Shown here one piece after another: positions 27,900 to 38,097 of a stretch of 64,000 nucleotides of DNA. The stretch lies in contig JACZKS010000147.1 of NCBI GenBank assembly GCA_014859895.1, forward strand, positions 68,642-132,641, given 5' to 3'. Position numbers and translations under genes: made by a program. How positions within the stretch are numbered: the stretch's first letter is position 1; every line of letters starts with the position of its first letter. The notes under the pieces are model-generated. The model made no database searches. It had not been told where the DNA came from and worked only from the letters and a program-made list of their open reading frames with translations. This DNA is from Rhodospirillales bacterium. Lineage in GTDB: Bacteria > Pseudomonadota > Alphaproteobacteria > Rhodospirillales > Shumkoniaceae.

Positions 27900-29843
27900 T
27901 CATTCGCCGTCGTGGGCGGGGGAAGACCGGCCCCGCCCAGGGGTGCGACGGAACCGCAAGCTTTGCATTACCCGGCGCATGTCAAGGATGGACGAAAGCC
28001 TGGCGCGGAAGGAACGCGGCGGGCATTCCTGTTTCCGACGGCGGCGGGTCCGTAGCCATGTCTTGATCTGGCGGGCGTTCAGGAAAAGAGGAACCCTGGC
28101 CGGTACAGACGGCTGGGGCTGGATCGTCACGCCGACCGCCTTGATGTTTCCTGTCTCGTCGAGTTCGCGAACCACCAACTCGATGCCGCCACAGGCAACG
28201 CGGTCGCCAACCTCGGTGCGCCCGCCCAGGCGCTTCTCGATGAAGTCGGCGATCGGCATGGCGGGATCGAGATCGTCGTCCGCCACATCGTAGGCGTGGG
28301 CGAGGTCTCCCAGCGTCCTCGCCGGGTCCACGGTGAATTCCCCGAAGAAGTCCTTGTCGTCGACATCGACCGAAGCCGGGCTGGCGAACAGGCGGTCGAG
28401 AAGCCGGGTATAGCGCGGCGGAACGAACAGGTAGACGCGATCTCCCTCCTGCGGCCGGCCGGCGTAGTGATAGCCCATGGATTGCCCGTCGCGCACGACG
28501 AGCGAGGGACGCGCCCACCGCGGCACCCGCTCACCTCGCGCCACCGGGCTGTCGGGAACCACCCGGTAGACCACCAACTCGTGATGGGCGTCGCCGGGAA
28601 GCTCGAGTTCCACCTTCTCCAACGGCCCGATGCTGGGCGGTACGACGAGACCAAGCCAGCGCGCCGTGGTCGGGATGGTCCACCCCTGTACGAGCAGCGA
28701 AGTGAGCACGATGATGAAGGTGATGTTGAAGAATAGCTGCCCGTCGGGCAGGCCGAAGACCAGCGGCAGGATGGCTAGCAGGATGGAGACGGCGCCGCGC
28801 AGGCCGACCCACGAGATGAAGGCGGTCTCGTTCGGCTGCGAACGGAACGGCAGAAGGCACAGCCACACCGCCAGCGGCCGACCGACGAAGGTCAGGAACA
28901 GGGCGAGGCTGATGGCCGGCAGCGCCACCGCCGGAAACCGGCTTGGCGTGGCCAGCAGGCCCAATACGAGAAACATGATGATCTGAGCCAGCCAGGAGAG
29001 GCCGTCCTGGAATCGGCGCAAGCTCGCCTGCGAGCGCATGCGGCGATTGCCGGCATAGAGCCCGGCGACGAAAACCGCCAGGAACCCGCTGCCGCCAGCC
29101 AGGCCGACGGCGCCGAACAGCACCAGCGCCAGCGAGATCACGAGGATCGGATAGAGGCCCGCTGCGAGTTCCAGCTTGTTCACCAGGCGGACGATCAGGA
29201 AGCCGCCGAGAAGACCAAGGATCAGCCCGAGGCCCATCTGCCGGGCAAAGCCGATCAGGAACTCTTTCAGGGCCGTCTCTGCGCCGGCGTCGCCGGCCAC
29301 GATCAACTCGACCAGCGTGATGGTCAGGAAGATGGCCATGGGATCGTTCGAGGCGGATTCGACTTCGAGGGTCGAACGAACCCGGTCGCGGATGGTGATG
29401 CCGCCGACCCGAAGCAGGAAGAAAACCGCCGCGGCATCCGTCGAACTGACGATGGCGCCCATCAGGAGAGCCTGCAGCCACGGCAAGCCCAACGCAAACC
29501 GCGCGGCAACCCCGACGAGGGCAGCCGTCAGCAGGACGCCTAACGTCGCCAACGTGAGGGCGGGACCGGCAGCGGACCGGAAAGACGAGAGGCGGGTCCC
29601 AAAGCCGCTGTCGAAGAGAATGACGGCGAGCGCCAGGCTGCCGACGAAGTAAGCCAGCCTGGCATCATCGAACCGCAACCCGAGCCCATCCTCGCCGGCC
29701 AGCAGGCCGACCCCCAGGAACACCAGCAGCAAGGGCGCGCCGACCCGGGACGAGATCAGGCTAGTCAACACCGCCACGCCGACGAGCCCGGCGCCCAGCA
29801 GAATGACCATGAACATCACGTCGAGCATGCCGGCTGCATCCAT
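27900..29843 (-). CDS. cvrA: Potassium/proton antiporter (CvrA/NhaP2, CPA1 family) with C-terminal regulatory domains
   Basis: GLLAGEDG, SSTDAAAVF, LEVESASNDPMAIFL and WVGLRGAVSI motifs. Confidence 0.88.
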   Translation of the reverse strand: MDAAGMLDVMFMVILLGAGLVGVAVLTSLISSRVGAPLLLVFLGVGLLAGEDGLGLRFDDARLAYFVGSLALAVILFDSGFGTRLSSFRSAAGPALTLATLGVLLTAALVGVAARFALGLPWLQALLMGAIVSSTDAAAVFFLLRVGGITIRDRVRSTLEVESASNDPMAIFLTITLVELIVAGDAGAETALKEFLIGFARQMGLGLILGLLGGFLIVRLVNKLELAAGLYPILVISLALVLFGAVGLAGGSGFLAVFVAGLYAGNRRMRSQASLRRFQDGLSWLAQIIMFLVLGLLATPSRFPAVALPAISLALFLTFVGRPLAVWLCLLPFRSQPNETAFISWVGLRGAVSILLAILPLVFGLPDGQLFFNITFIIVLTSLLVQGWTIPTTARWLGLVVPPSIGPLEKVELELPGDAHHELVVYRVVPDSPVARGERVPRWARPSLVVRDGQSMGYHYAGRPQEGDRVYLFVPPRYTRLLDRLFASPASVDVDDKDFFGEFTVDPARTLGDLAHAYDVADDDLDPAMPIADFIEKRLGGRTEVGDRVACGGIELVVRELDETGNIKAVGVTIQPQPSVPARVPLFLNARQIKTWLRTRRRRKQECPPRSFRARLSSILDMRRVMQSLRFRRTPGRGRSSPAHDGE

Positions 29844-30032
29844 CTTCCCAGATCCAAAACTTGCACGAACGCCGACAGCGCGCCGGCGCCTGGCTCCGGC
29901 AGGTGCTCATATCCGCTGGGAAGCGAACGCTGAGGGACAGCCCGTCACTTCATTATGTATTGTTGAGAAACGATTCCACAATCCGCCCGACGGACGGAAA
30001 GGAAAAGTGACGGACGGGTCGGGATCGGCGGC

Positions 30033-30644
30033 TCAGGCGGGGGCGGTGGGAACGGTCTGCCGGGTCCAGACTCGGAGCGCGGTTTCCGCCACCTGACGCA
30101 GGCTCTCGCGGCTGGCGCCGCCGGCCGCCTGGACCGCCATGCCTTGGGCGATGGTGGCGATGAAGCGGGCCACCTCGGCCGGGTCGGCGCCGGGCGGCAA
30201 ATCGCCCTCGCGCTGCGCCTGTTCCATGCGCTGGCGTATTCTCGTCTCGTATTGGGCGCGGATGCCGGCGAGTTCCTGCCGAATGGATTCCGCCTCTTGG
30301 CCGCAGGTCAGCGCGCCCTGCACCGTCAGGCATCCCACCGGGTGGTCCGGGTTGGTCAACATGTCGGCCGCGCCAAAAAGCAGCCGCTCCACCACGCCGC
30401 GCGCCGTCGGCGCCTCCAGCGCCTCACGCACGTAGGCGCCCTTTTCCTCGATGTAGCGATCCAGGGCCTTGCGGAACAGCGCCTCCTTGTTGCCGAAGGC
30501 GGCATAGAGGCTGGGACGGTTGATGCCCATCGCCTTGGTCAGGTCGCTCAGCGACGTCCCCTCGTAGCCCTTGCGCCAGAACACTTCGAGCGCGCGGTTG
30601 AGGGCTGTATCCAGGCAAAAGGCACGAGGCCGACCTATCGGCAC
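30033..30644 (-). CDS. TetR/AcrR family transcriptional regulator
   Basis: GRPRAF...FWRKGYEGTSLSDLTKAMGINRPSLYAAFGNKEALF. Confidence 0.93.
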   Translation of the reverse strand: MPIGRPRAFCLDTALNRALEVFWRKGYEGTSLSDLTKAMGINRPSLYAAFGNKEALFRKALDRYIEEKGAYVREALEAPTARGVVERLLFGAADMLTNPDHPVGCLTVQGALTCGQEAESIRQELAGIRAQYETRIRQRMEQAQREGDLPPGADPAEVARFIATIAQGMAVQAAGGASRESLRQVAETALRVWTRQTVPTAPA

Positions 30645-30661
30645 ATCCGGTCTCCTTTTTT

Positions 30662-30729
30662 TGTATCGATTGGTAATTTATTCGGTTGAAAGCGTTGCGT
30701 CCAGTTCCATATTCTTACCAATCGGTACA
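30662..30729. promoter_or_regulatory. Pair of putative TetR operators (30662-30676, 30715-30729)
   Basis: TGTATCGATTGGTAA and TTACCAATCGGTACA are mutual reverse complements (14/15), each a TAYC-N4-GGTA quasi-palindrome, in the divergent tetR/SDR gap. Confidence 0.65.
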
Positions 30730-30746
30730 GAACTTGGAGCTTTCCA

Positions 30747-31496
30747 ATGACCCAATCGCTTAAAGGCAAGGCCGCCCTGGTTACCGGCGGCTCTCGCGGC
30801 ATTGGCGCCGCGATTGCCGAAGCCCTTGCCGCCGAGGGTGCCGACGTGGCCATCAGCTATGCATCCTCGGACGCGAAAGCCGCCGACGTCGTTCGTCGAA
30901 TCAAGAAGTTGGGGGTTGAGGCCGTCACCGTCAAGGCCGACCAAGCCGACGCCGCCCAAGCGGAAAAGCTGGTGAAAGAGGTCACGGCCCGTTTCGGCCG
31001 GCTGGACATTCTGGTCAACAACGCCGGAGTCGCGGTGGCGGCCAAAGTGGACGATCCGGCCGCCGACGTGGAGGCGATTGACCGCCTCTACGCCGTCAAC
31101 CTGCATGGCGTTGTCGCCGCCATCCGCGCCGCCTCGCAAGTGATGACCGAGGGCGGGCGCATCGTCACCATCGGCTCCGCCCTGGCGGCGCGCGCGGGTT
31201 TCTCCGGCCTTGCCGACTACGTCGCCACCAAGGCCGCCGTTGTCGGCTATTCCAAGGGCGCCGCCCGCGATCTGGCGCCGCGCAAGATCACCGTCAACGT
31301 GATCCAGTCCGGCTCCGTCGCCACGGATATGAACCCCGCGGACGGCGCCTCGGCCGATGCCCAGCGGGCGGAAACGGCGCTGGCCCGTTTCGCCAGCCCC
31401 GAGGAGATCGCCGCGGCCGTGGTGTTCCTCGCCAGCCCGGGGGCTTCGTACGTCACCGGGACGGTTCTCGACGTTGACGGCGGTTATACCGCCTGA
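30747..31496 (+). CDS. Short-chain dehydrogenase/reductase
   Basis: TGGSRGIG, NNAG and YVATK motifs. Confidence 0.93.
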   Translation: MTQSLKGKAALVTGGSRGIGAAIAEALAAEGADVAISYASSDAKAADVVRRIKKLGVEAVTVKADQADAAQAEKLVKEVTARFGRLDILVNNAGVAVAAKVDDPAADVEAIDRLYAVNLHGVVAAIRAASQVMTEGGRIVTIGSALAARAGFSGLADYVATKAAVVGYSKGAARDLAPRKITVNVIQSGSVATDMNPADGASADAQRAETALARFASPEEIAAAVVFLASPGASYVTGTVLDVDGGYTA

Positions 31497-31513
31497 ACCG
31501 CAAGGAGTTTCCC

Positions 31514-32713
31514 ATGAAGAAGTCCTATCTCCATCCCCTGCTATGGATCGGGGCCATCGGATTGGCGGTCGCCGTGGGTGGCCTGATCGCATTGCCTTAT
31601 CTGCCCGGCCACGACGCCAAGGCCACCGAGGCCGCTCCGCCACCGGCGGTTCCAGTGTCGGTGGCCGTGGTGGAAAGCCGCGACATCGTCCCCTGGGAGG
31701 AATTCTCGGGCCGGCTGGAAGCGGTCGAAAGGGTCGAAGTGCGCTCGCGCGTCGCCGGCCAGATCCAGGCCTTGCATTTCCGCGAGGGCGGCCTGGTCAG
31801 GCAGGGTGATCTTCTGGTGACCATCGATCCGGCGCCCTTCGCCGCCGAGGTGGCCCGCGCCGAGGCCCAGAAGGCATCGGCCGAGGCCCGCATGGCCTTC
31901 ACCAAGCGGGAATATGAGCGGGCCCGCGAACTGTCGGGATCCGGCACCATTCCGGTGCGCGAACTGGACAGCCGTACCAATGCCTATTCCGAGGCCCAGG
32001 CCTCGCTGCGGGCAACCCAGGCGGCGCTGGAAACCGCGCGTCTCAACCTCGGCTACACGCAGATCCGCGCCGCCGTCTCGGGCCGCGTCGGCAGGGCCGA
32101 GGTGACGGTCGGCAACCTGGTGGCGGCCGGGGCCGGCGCGCCGGTTCTGACCACACTGGTTTCGGTGGACCCCATCTACGCCAGTTTCGATGCCGACGAG
32201 CAGGTGGTGATGCGTGCCCTGAGCGTGCTGCGCGACGGATCGGGCCGCCTGGCGGTAGAGCGAGTCCCCGTGCAGATGGACGCTCCCGCCCCGGGCGGCG
32301 CCCCCGTGCAGGGACGCGTGCAGATGATCGACAACGTGGTCGACGCCGGCAGCGGCACGGTGCGCGTGCGCGCCGTCTTCGAGAACGATGACGGAAGCCT
32401 GATGCCGGGCCAGTTCGTGCGCCTGCGCATGGGTCGGGCCAAGGCCGAACCGGTCCTTCTGATCAGCGAGCGGGCGGTCGGCACCGACCAGGACAAGAAG
32501 TACGTCATGGTCGTGGGCGACGACAACAGGGCCGCCTACCGCGAGGTCAGCCTGGGCGCCACGGCCACCGGCCTGCGCGTCGTCGCCGACGGATTGAAGG
32601 CCGGCGAGCGCATCGTGGTGAACGGCCTGCAACGCCTGCGGCCGGGCGCCCTGGTGGCGCCGCAGGATGTCTCGATGGCGGCGGGCCGCCCCAGCGCCGT
32701 GGCGCAACGCTGA
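31514..32713 (+). CDS. RND efflux periplasmic adaptor subunit
   Basis: EVRSRVAG, IRAAVSGRVG, GTDQDKKYV and GERIVVNGLQ motifs. Confidence 0.93.
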   Translation: MKKSYLHPLLWIGAIGLAVAVGGLIALPYLPGHDAKATEAAPPPAVPVSVAVVESRDIVPWEEFSGRLEAVERVEVRSRVAGQIQALHFREGGLVRQGDLLVTIDPAPFAAEVARAEAQKASAEARMAFTKREYERARELSGSGTIPVRELDSRTNAYSEAQASLRATQAALETARLNLGYTQIRAAVSGRVGRAEVTVGNLVAAGAGAPVLTTLVSVDPIYASFDADEQVVMRALSVLRDGSGRLAVERVPVQMDAPAPGGAPVQGRVQMIDNVVDAGSGTVRVRAVFENDDGSLMPGQFVRLRMGRAKAEPVLLISERAVGTDQDKKYVMVVGDDNRAAYREVSLGATATGLRVVADGLKAGERIVVNGLQRLRPGALVAPQDVSMAAGRPSAVAQR

Positions 32714-32747
32714 GTCTCCAGACAGCTTGAGAGGACGGGAGCGATCC

Positions 32748-35700
32748 ATGAACCTTTCGAAATTCTTCATCGACCGCCCCGTCTTCGCCGCCGTCCTTTC
32801 GGCGCTGATCTTCGTGGCCGGTCTGCTGGCGTTGGGCAATTTGCCCATTTCTGAATACCCCGAGGTGGTGCCGCCGACGGTGGTCGTGCGCGCCCAGTAT
32901 CCCGGCGCCAATCCCAAGGTCATCGCCGAAACGGTGGCCACCCCCATCGAGGAGGCGATCAACGGCGTCGAGAACATGCTCTACATGGGCAGCCAGGCCA
33001 CCACCGATGGCCTAATGACGCTGACCGTCACCTTCAAGCTCGGCACCGACCCCGACAAAGCCCAGCAACTGGTGCAGAACCGGGTCGCCCAGGCCGAACC
33101 GCGGCTGCCCGAAGAGGTCCAGCGCCTCGGCATCACCACCGTCAAGAGCTCGCCCGACCTGACCATGGTCGTGCACCTGCTTTCGCCCAACGACCGCTAC
33201 GACATGACGTACCTGCGCAACTACGCGCTCTTGAACGTCAAGGACCGGCTGGCCCGCATCGAGGGGGTGGGGCAGGTGCAGCTGTTCGGCTCCGGCGACT
33301 ATTCCATGCGGGTCTGGCTGGACCCGCCCAAGGTAGCCGAGCGCGGGCTTTCGGCCGGCGACGTGGTGAGGGCAATTCGCGAACAGAACGTCCAGGCCGC
33401 AGCCGGCGTGGTCGGCGCCTCGCCCGGCCTGCCCGACGTCGACCTCCAATTGTCGGTAAACGCCCAGGGCAGACTGCAAAGCGAGGAGGAATTCGGCGAC
33501 ATCATCGTCAAGACCGACGAGAGCGGCGCGGTAACCCGGCTCAGGGACCTCGGCCGTATCGAGCTGGGGGCGGCCGAATACGCCCTGCGCTCGCTCCTGG
33601 ACAACAAGGCGGCAGTGGCGATTCCCATCTTCCAGGCGCCCGGGTCGAACGCCATCCAGATCTCCGACGACGTGCGCGCCACCATGGCCGAGATGAAGGA
33701 CTACCTGCCCGAGGGCATCGACTACGAGATCGTCTACGATCCCACCCAGTTCGTGCGCGCCTCCATCGAGTCGGTGGTTCACACCCTCCTGGAAGCGGTG
33801 GCCCTGGTGGTGCTGGTGGTCATCCTGTTCCTGCAAACCTGGCGGGCCTCGATCATCCCGCTGCTGGCGGTGCCGGTGTCCATCGTCGGCACCTTCGCCG
33901 TCATGCATCTGTTGGGGGTTTCGATCAATGCGCTGTCGCTGTTCGGCCTGGTGCTGGCCATCGGCATCGTCGTCGACGACGCCATCGTGGTGGTGGAAAA
34001 CGTCGAGCGCAACATCGAGGCCGGGCTCGCCCCCAAGGCGGCCACCTACCGCGCCATGCGCGAGGTTTCGGGACCGATCGTCGCCATCGCCCTGGTGCTG
34101 GTGGCGGTGTTCGTGCCGCTGGCCTTCATCAGCGGGCTGACCGGACAGTTCTACAAGCAGTTCGCGCTGACCATCGCCATTTCCACCGTGATCTCGGCGA
34201 TCAATTCGCTGACCCTGTCTCCGGCCCTGGCCGCCCTGCTGCTGAAGGACCACGACGCACCCAAGGATTGGCTGATGCGCGTCATGGATTGGTCGCTGGG
34301 GTGGCTGTTCCGGGGCTTCAACCGCGCCTTCGGGGCCGGCACCCGGTTCTATGGCCGGGGCGTCGGCCAGGTGGCCTCGCGCAAGGCGCTGGCGATGGGC
34401 ATCTATCTGGCGCTGGTCGGCGTGACCTATGGCCTGTTCCAGGCGGTGCCGGGCGGCTTCGTGCCGATGCAGGACAAGCAATACCTGATCGGCTTCGCCC
34501 AATTGCCCGACGCCGCCACGCTGGATCGCACCGAAGAGGTCATCCGCGCCATGGGCGACATCGCGCTGGCCGACCCCGACGTCGAGCATGCGGTGTCGTT
34601 TCCCGGCCTTTCCATCAACGGCTTCACCAACAGCACCAACTCGGGAATCGTCTTCGTGACGCTGAAGCCCTTCGACGAGCGCACCCGCCCCGACCAGAGC
34701 GCAGGCGCCATCGCCGGGCGGCTGAATGGCCGCTATGCGGGACTTCAGGACGCCTTCGTCGTCATGTTCCCGCCGCCTCCCGTGCAGGGGCTTGGGACCA
34801 CCGGCGGCTTCAAGCTGCAGGTGGAAGACCGCGCGTCCTATGGCTACGGGGCGCTGGACGGCGCGCTCAAGGCCTTCCTGGGCCGGGCCTCCCAGGCCCC
34901 CGAACTGGCCAACCTGTTTTCCTCCTACCAGGTCAACGTGCCGCAGCTTTACGCCGACGTCGATCGCACCAAGGCTCGCCAGCTGGGCGTCGCCGTGACC
35001 GACGTCTTCGACACCTTGCAGATCTACCTGGGCAGCCTCTACGTCAACGACTTCAACAAGTTCGGCCGCACCTATTCGGTGCGCGTGCAGGCCGATGCGC
35101 CCTTCCGGGCACGGTCCGACGACATCGGCAAGCTCAAGGTGCGTTCGGGCGCGGGCGAGATGGTGCCGCTGGCCGCCCTGCTCACGGTGAATCCCGCCGC
35201 CGGGCCGGAACGGGCCATGCGCTACAACGGCTTCCTCGCCGCCGACGTCAGCGGCGCCCCCGCCCCCGGCTATTCGTCGGGCGAGGCGCAGGCGGCGGTG
35301 GAGCGGATTGCCGCCGAGACCCTGCCCACGGGCTTTACCTTCGAATGGACCGACCTCACCTACCAGCAGATCCTGGCCGGCAATTCGGCGGTCATCGTCT
35401 TTCCACTGGCCATCCTCCTGGTCTTCATGGTGCTGGCCGCGCAGTACGAAAGCCTGACGCTGCCCATCGCCATCATCCTGATCGTGCCGATGAGCCTGAT
35501 GGCCGCCATGGCCGGCATCTGGTTCACCGGCGGGGACAACAACGTCTTCACCCAAATCGGTCTGGTCGTGCTGGTGGGCCTGTCGGCCAAGAACGCCATC
35601 CTGATCGTCGAGTTCGCCCGCGAGCTCGAGTTCACCGGGCTCACGCCCCGCGCCGCCGCGTTGCAGGCGGCGCGCCTCCGGCTGCGGCCGATCCTGATGA

Positions 35701-35981
35701 CATCGATGGCCTTCATCATGGGCGTGGTGCCCCTCGTCCTTTCCAGCGGTGCCGGCGCCGAGATGCGCCATGCCATGGGCGTCGCGGTGTTCGCCGGCAT
35801 GCTGGGGGTGACCGCCTTCGGCATCTTCCTGACGCCGATGTTCTATGTGCTGGTCCGCGCGCTGGCCGGCAACCGGCCGCTGCGTCACCACGGGGGCAGC
35901 AGCGACCTGGAGGCTCCGGTACTGGCGCCCGAAGGAGATTCGCAACTGACCCTGGCGCTGACCCGCAGTCCAGAGAGGTGA
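32748..35981 (+). CDS. RND efflux permease (MexF/OqxB/BpeF-like)
   Basis: FFIDRPVFA, EYPEVVPP, GIVVDDAIVVVENVER, AKNAILIVEFA and RLRPILMTS motifs. Confidence 0.95.
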   Translation: MNLSKFFIDRPVFAAVLSALIFVAGLLALGNLPISEYPEVVPPTVVVRAQYPGANPKVIAETVATPIEEAINGVENMLYMGSQATTDGLMTLTVTFKLGTDPDKAQQLVQNRVAQAEPRLPEEVQRLGITTVKSSPDLTMVVHLLSPNDRYDMTYLRNYALLNVKDRLARIEGVGQVQLFGSGDYSMRVWLDPPKVAERGLSAGDVVRAIREQNVQAAAGVVGASPGLPDVDLQLSVNAQGRLQSEEEFGDIIVKTDESGAVTRLRDLGRIELGAAEYALRSLLDNKAAVAIPIFQAPGSNAIQISDDVRATMAEMKDYLPEGIDYEIVYDPTQFVRASIESVVHTLLEAVALVVLVVILFLQTWRASIIPLLAVPVSIVGTFAVMHLLGVSINALSLFGLVLAIGIVVDDAIVVVENVERNIEAGLAPKAATYRAMREVSGPIVAIALVLVAVFVPLAFISGLTGQFYKQFALTIAISTVISAINSLTLSPALAALLLKDHDAPKDWLMRVMDWSLGWLFRGFNRAFGAGTRFYGRGVGQVASRKALAMGIYLALVGVTYGLFQAVPGGFVPMQDKQYLIGFAQLPDAATLDRTEEVIRAMGDIALADPDVEHAVSFPGLSINGFTNSTNSGIVFVTLKPFDERTRPDQSAGAIAGRLNGRYAGLQDAFVVMFPPPPVQGLGTTGGFKLQVEDRASYGYGALDGALKAFLGRASQAPELANLFSSYQVNVPQLYADVDRTKARQLGVAVTDVFDTLQIYLGSLYVNDFNKFGRTYSVRVQADAPFRARSDDIGKLKVRSGAGEMVPLAALLTVNPAAGPERAMRYNGFLAADVSGAPAPGYSSGEAQAAVERIAAETLPTGFTFEWTDLTYQQILAGNSAVIVFPLAILLVFMVLAAQYESLTLPIAIILIVPMSLMAAMAGIWFTGGDNNVFTQIGLVVLVGLSAKNAILIVEFARELEFTGLTPRAAALQAARLRLRPILMTSMAFIMGVVPLVLSSGAGAEMRHAMGVAVFAGMLGVTAFGIFLTPMFYVLVRALAGNRPLRHHGGSSDLEAPVLAPEGDSQLTLALTRSPER

Positions 35982-36134
35982 GTGTCGGTCCCTCCGGCCC
36001 CGCATGGCGCCGGTCGCCCCCCACATTTTCTGGCTGCTCGGGCTGGTGATGTAACGAGGCTAATCTTGGCCCGCCAATCAATTCCGACTATCCTGCGCGT
36101 CACCTGAATTGAAGGGTGACCGCAGGATTTTGCC

Positions 36135-37538
36135 ATGCGTATTCCCGGCGCCGATCAAGCCATCGGCAATCTCATCAAATGGTCCGCGAAGGATGAGTGG
36201 ACCCCATATTTAGATCAAGTGTTCGCCGATCATTTCGATTTCATCAAAGAGCAATTCGAGATAACCGGCGAGGATCTTGTCGATCTTCTCGGCGATGCCT
36301 TCAGCATGGTTTACGGCGTCGTGCTCGAAGACTTCTTTGCCGCCCGCTTCGGCGAGGAGGGAGAACTGAACGTCGTCGACGACTACCTCAAGCGGCGCGG
36401 CTGGCGCGAGAAGGTTCCGGCCAGACGCTATCTCGAAGCACTCAGGGGCTCCGTCCTGTCGCTCTACGAGGTTGTCGATCTGGCCCCCGGACACAGCATG
36501 ACGGTCCGGAATCTGATCCTGGGCGGCGATCCGGTGACCGTGGAGGAGAAGCTCGGCTCGGAATCGGCGGCCCGCTGGGATCGCATTGCCGGACGCCTCG
36601 TCACCGTCAACAACAAGCCCTATTTCACCGGCGGCCTGCTGCTGTTTCCCCAGAGGGTGGCGAGCGAGGTTCTGTCGGCCTTCGATGATATGACGAAACG
36701 CCTCAGGACGAAACTCCGCAGGGAAGCGAAGAAGCAGGGTGAACCGGCGGAGATCGACGACCACGACGTGCGAGTGATGATTCTCGATACCATGGCTCCC
36801 TGTCTGTTCACCCAGGCTTGGCTGATCGACACCTTGGACCGGGCTTTCGCCCCCATACCCGAAATCCGCAATACCGATGGCGACGAGATCGTGTTCTCGG
36901 AGGTCCGCTTCCCGATCAAGGGGGACGAGGCGAAGGTTGCCGCCGTCCTTGACGGGATCGTCGGGTTTGAGAGGGACGAGCCCGACGCCTCGCGCTGGAC
37001 ATGGCACGACCGCGGCTCGCCATCGCAAAGGATGTCGCAAAACCGGCAGGAGGGATTGACCTACCGATCGGAAAACGAGGCCGGCCGCATCAGTCTCGGC
37101 AACGCCGAGATTGCGGGCAATGCGCTTATCCTCACCACCAACTCCAGGGAACGTGCCGAGAGGGCGCGCGACCTGCTGGCCTGCCACCTGGGTGCATTGG
37201 CGGGAAGCCCCCTGACGTCGCACCAGGATCTGGAGAAGATGCTCGAAAAGCGCCCCGGGTCGACCCCCACGGAGCTCGACCTGCCACCCGAGGCGGCCGA
37301 ACAGGTTCTCCATACCTACCTGGATGACCACTACCGGCGCACTCTCGATGACCCGATCCCTCTCCTCGACGGCAAGGCGCCGCGTCAGGCCGTGAAGACC
37401 AAGAAGGGACGCGCACAGGTCGTCGACTGGCTCAAGCAGCTGGAGAACTCGGAATTCCGCCGCGCTGCCGGACAGGGCCACAAGCCCTATGACACGGCCT
37501 GGATGTGGCGGGAACTGAAGATCAGGGAGCCCCGTTAG
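36135..37538 (+). CDS. Hypothetical protein with C-terminal Xre/MbcA/ParS-like (DUF2384-type) segment
   Basis: 467-aa ORF; C-terminal LDDPIPLLDGKAPRQA resembles the MbcA/ParS-type motif. Family recalled from MGE-associated SEC-C-type proteins. Confidence 0.6.
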   Translation: MRIPGADQAIGNLIKWSAKDEWTPYLDQVFADHFDFIKEQFEITGEDLVDLLGDAFSMVYGVVLEDFFAARFGEEGELNVVDDYLKRRGWREKVPARRYLEALRGSVLSLYEVVDLAPGHSMTVRNLILGGDPVTVEEKLGSESAARWDRIAGRLVTVNNKPYFTGGLLLFPQRVASEVLSAFDDMTKRLRTKLRREAKKQGEPAEIDDHDVRVMILDTMAPCLFTQAWLIDTLDRAFAPIPEIRNTDGDEIVFSEVRFPIKGDEAKVAAVLDGIVGFERDEPDASRWTWHDRGSPSQRMSQNRQEGLTYRSENEAGRISLGNAEIAGNALILTTNSRERAERARDLLACHLGALAGSPLTSHQDLEKMLEKRPGSTPTELDLPPEAAEQVLHTYLDDHYRRTLDDPIPLLDGKAPRQAVKTKKGRAQVVDWLKQLENSEFRRAAGQGHKPYDTAWMWRELKIREPR

Positions 37539-37647
37539 GCTGCCGGTCGATCTTCGGGAGCAGATCAAGATCGCCGCCAACAAGCGGGACGTTCCCTATC
37601 AATCCCTGATCGAGGTCTGGCTGGCCGAGAAGATCGACGCCGCGTGA
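37537..37647 (+). pseudogene. C-terminal remnant of a BrnA/CopG-type antitoxin
   Basis: RLPVDLREQIKIAANKRDVPYQSLIEVWLAEKIDAA*, with no start codon or N-terminus; abuts the upstream stop. Confidence 0.75.
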
Positions 37648-37677
37648 CGTCGGGGATGGCAAAGGGCCGCGACGAAC

Positions 37678-37929
37678 CTACGATCTTACCACAGCCGCTT
37701 TTTTTGCGAAGGCGTGACCGGAACCGGACTTAAGATAGAATTCAAACGCTTCGGCTTTCGCCCGATCGGAAAAGGCGATGTGAGTCACGAGACGCCATGG
37801 TCTGAACTTCGGGGTATGAAGGGACTTGCCGATATTGTGATCCTGAAGCCGACGTTTGAGATCCGCGGTCACGCCAACATACCGTTCGCCCGTCGTGGCA
37901 CAGCTTTCGATAAGATAGACAAAATGCAC
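37678..37929 (-). CDS. GIY-YIG nuclease family protein (C-terminus probably altered by +1 slip in A7 run)
   Basis: FVYLI...RYVGVTADLKRRLQDHN.G...HT.KFRPW...FE.YLKSGSGHAF. Confidence 0.88.
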   Translation of the reverse strand: MHFVYLIESCATTGERYVGVTADLKRRLQDHNIGKSLHTPKFRPWRLVTHIAFSDRAKAEAFEFYLKSGSGHAFAKKAAVVRS

Positions 37930-38097
37930 GGGAGAGCCCTTCTACGCTAAAGCTTCGAAGGGCATCCTGCTTCGTTTCAGGGGTCGTTGCGGCGCTGACC
38001 CGGCAATGCCAAGTTGCACCTCTCTGTCTCCGGCCTCCCCCGAGAAACGACCTTGCCATTTTTCCCGAATCGGGGGGGCCAGGCGTTCAACTCGCGC

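Noticed and set aside
33012-36026. 1004-aa minus-strand ORF
   Set aside because: Antisense shadow of the RND permease.
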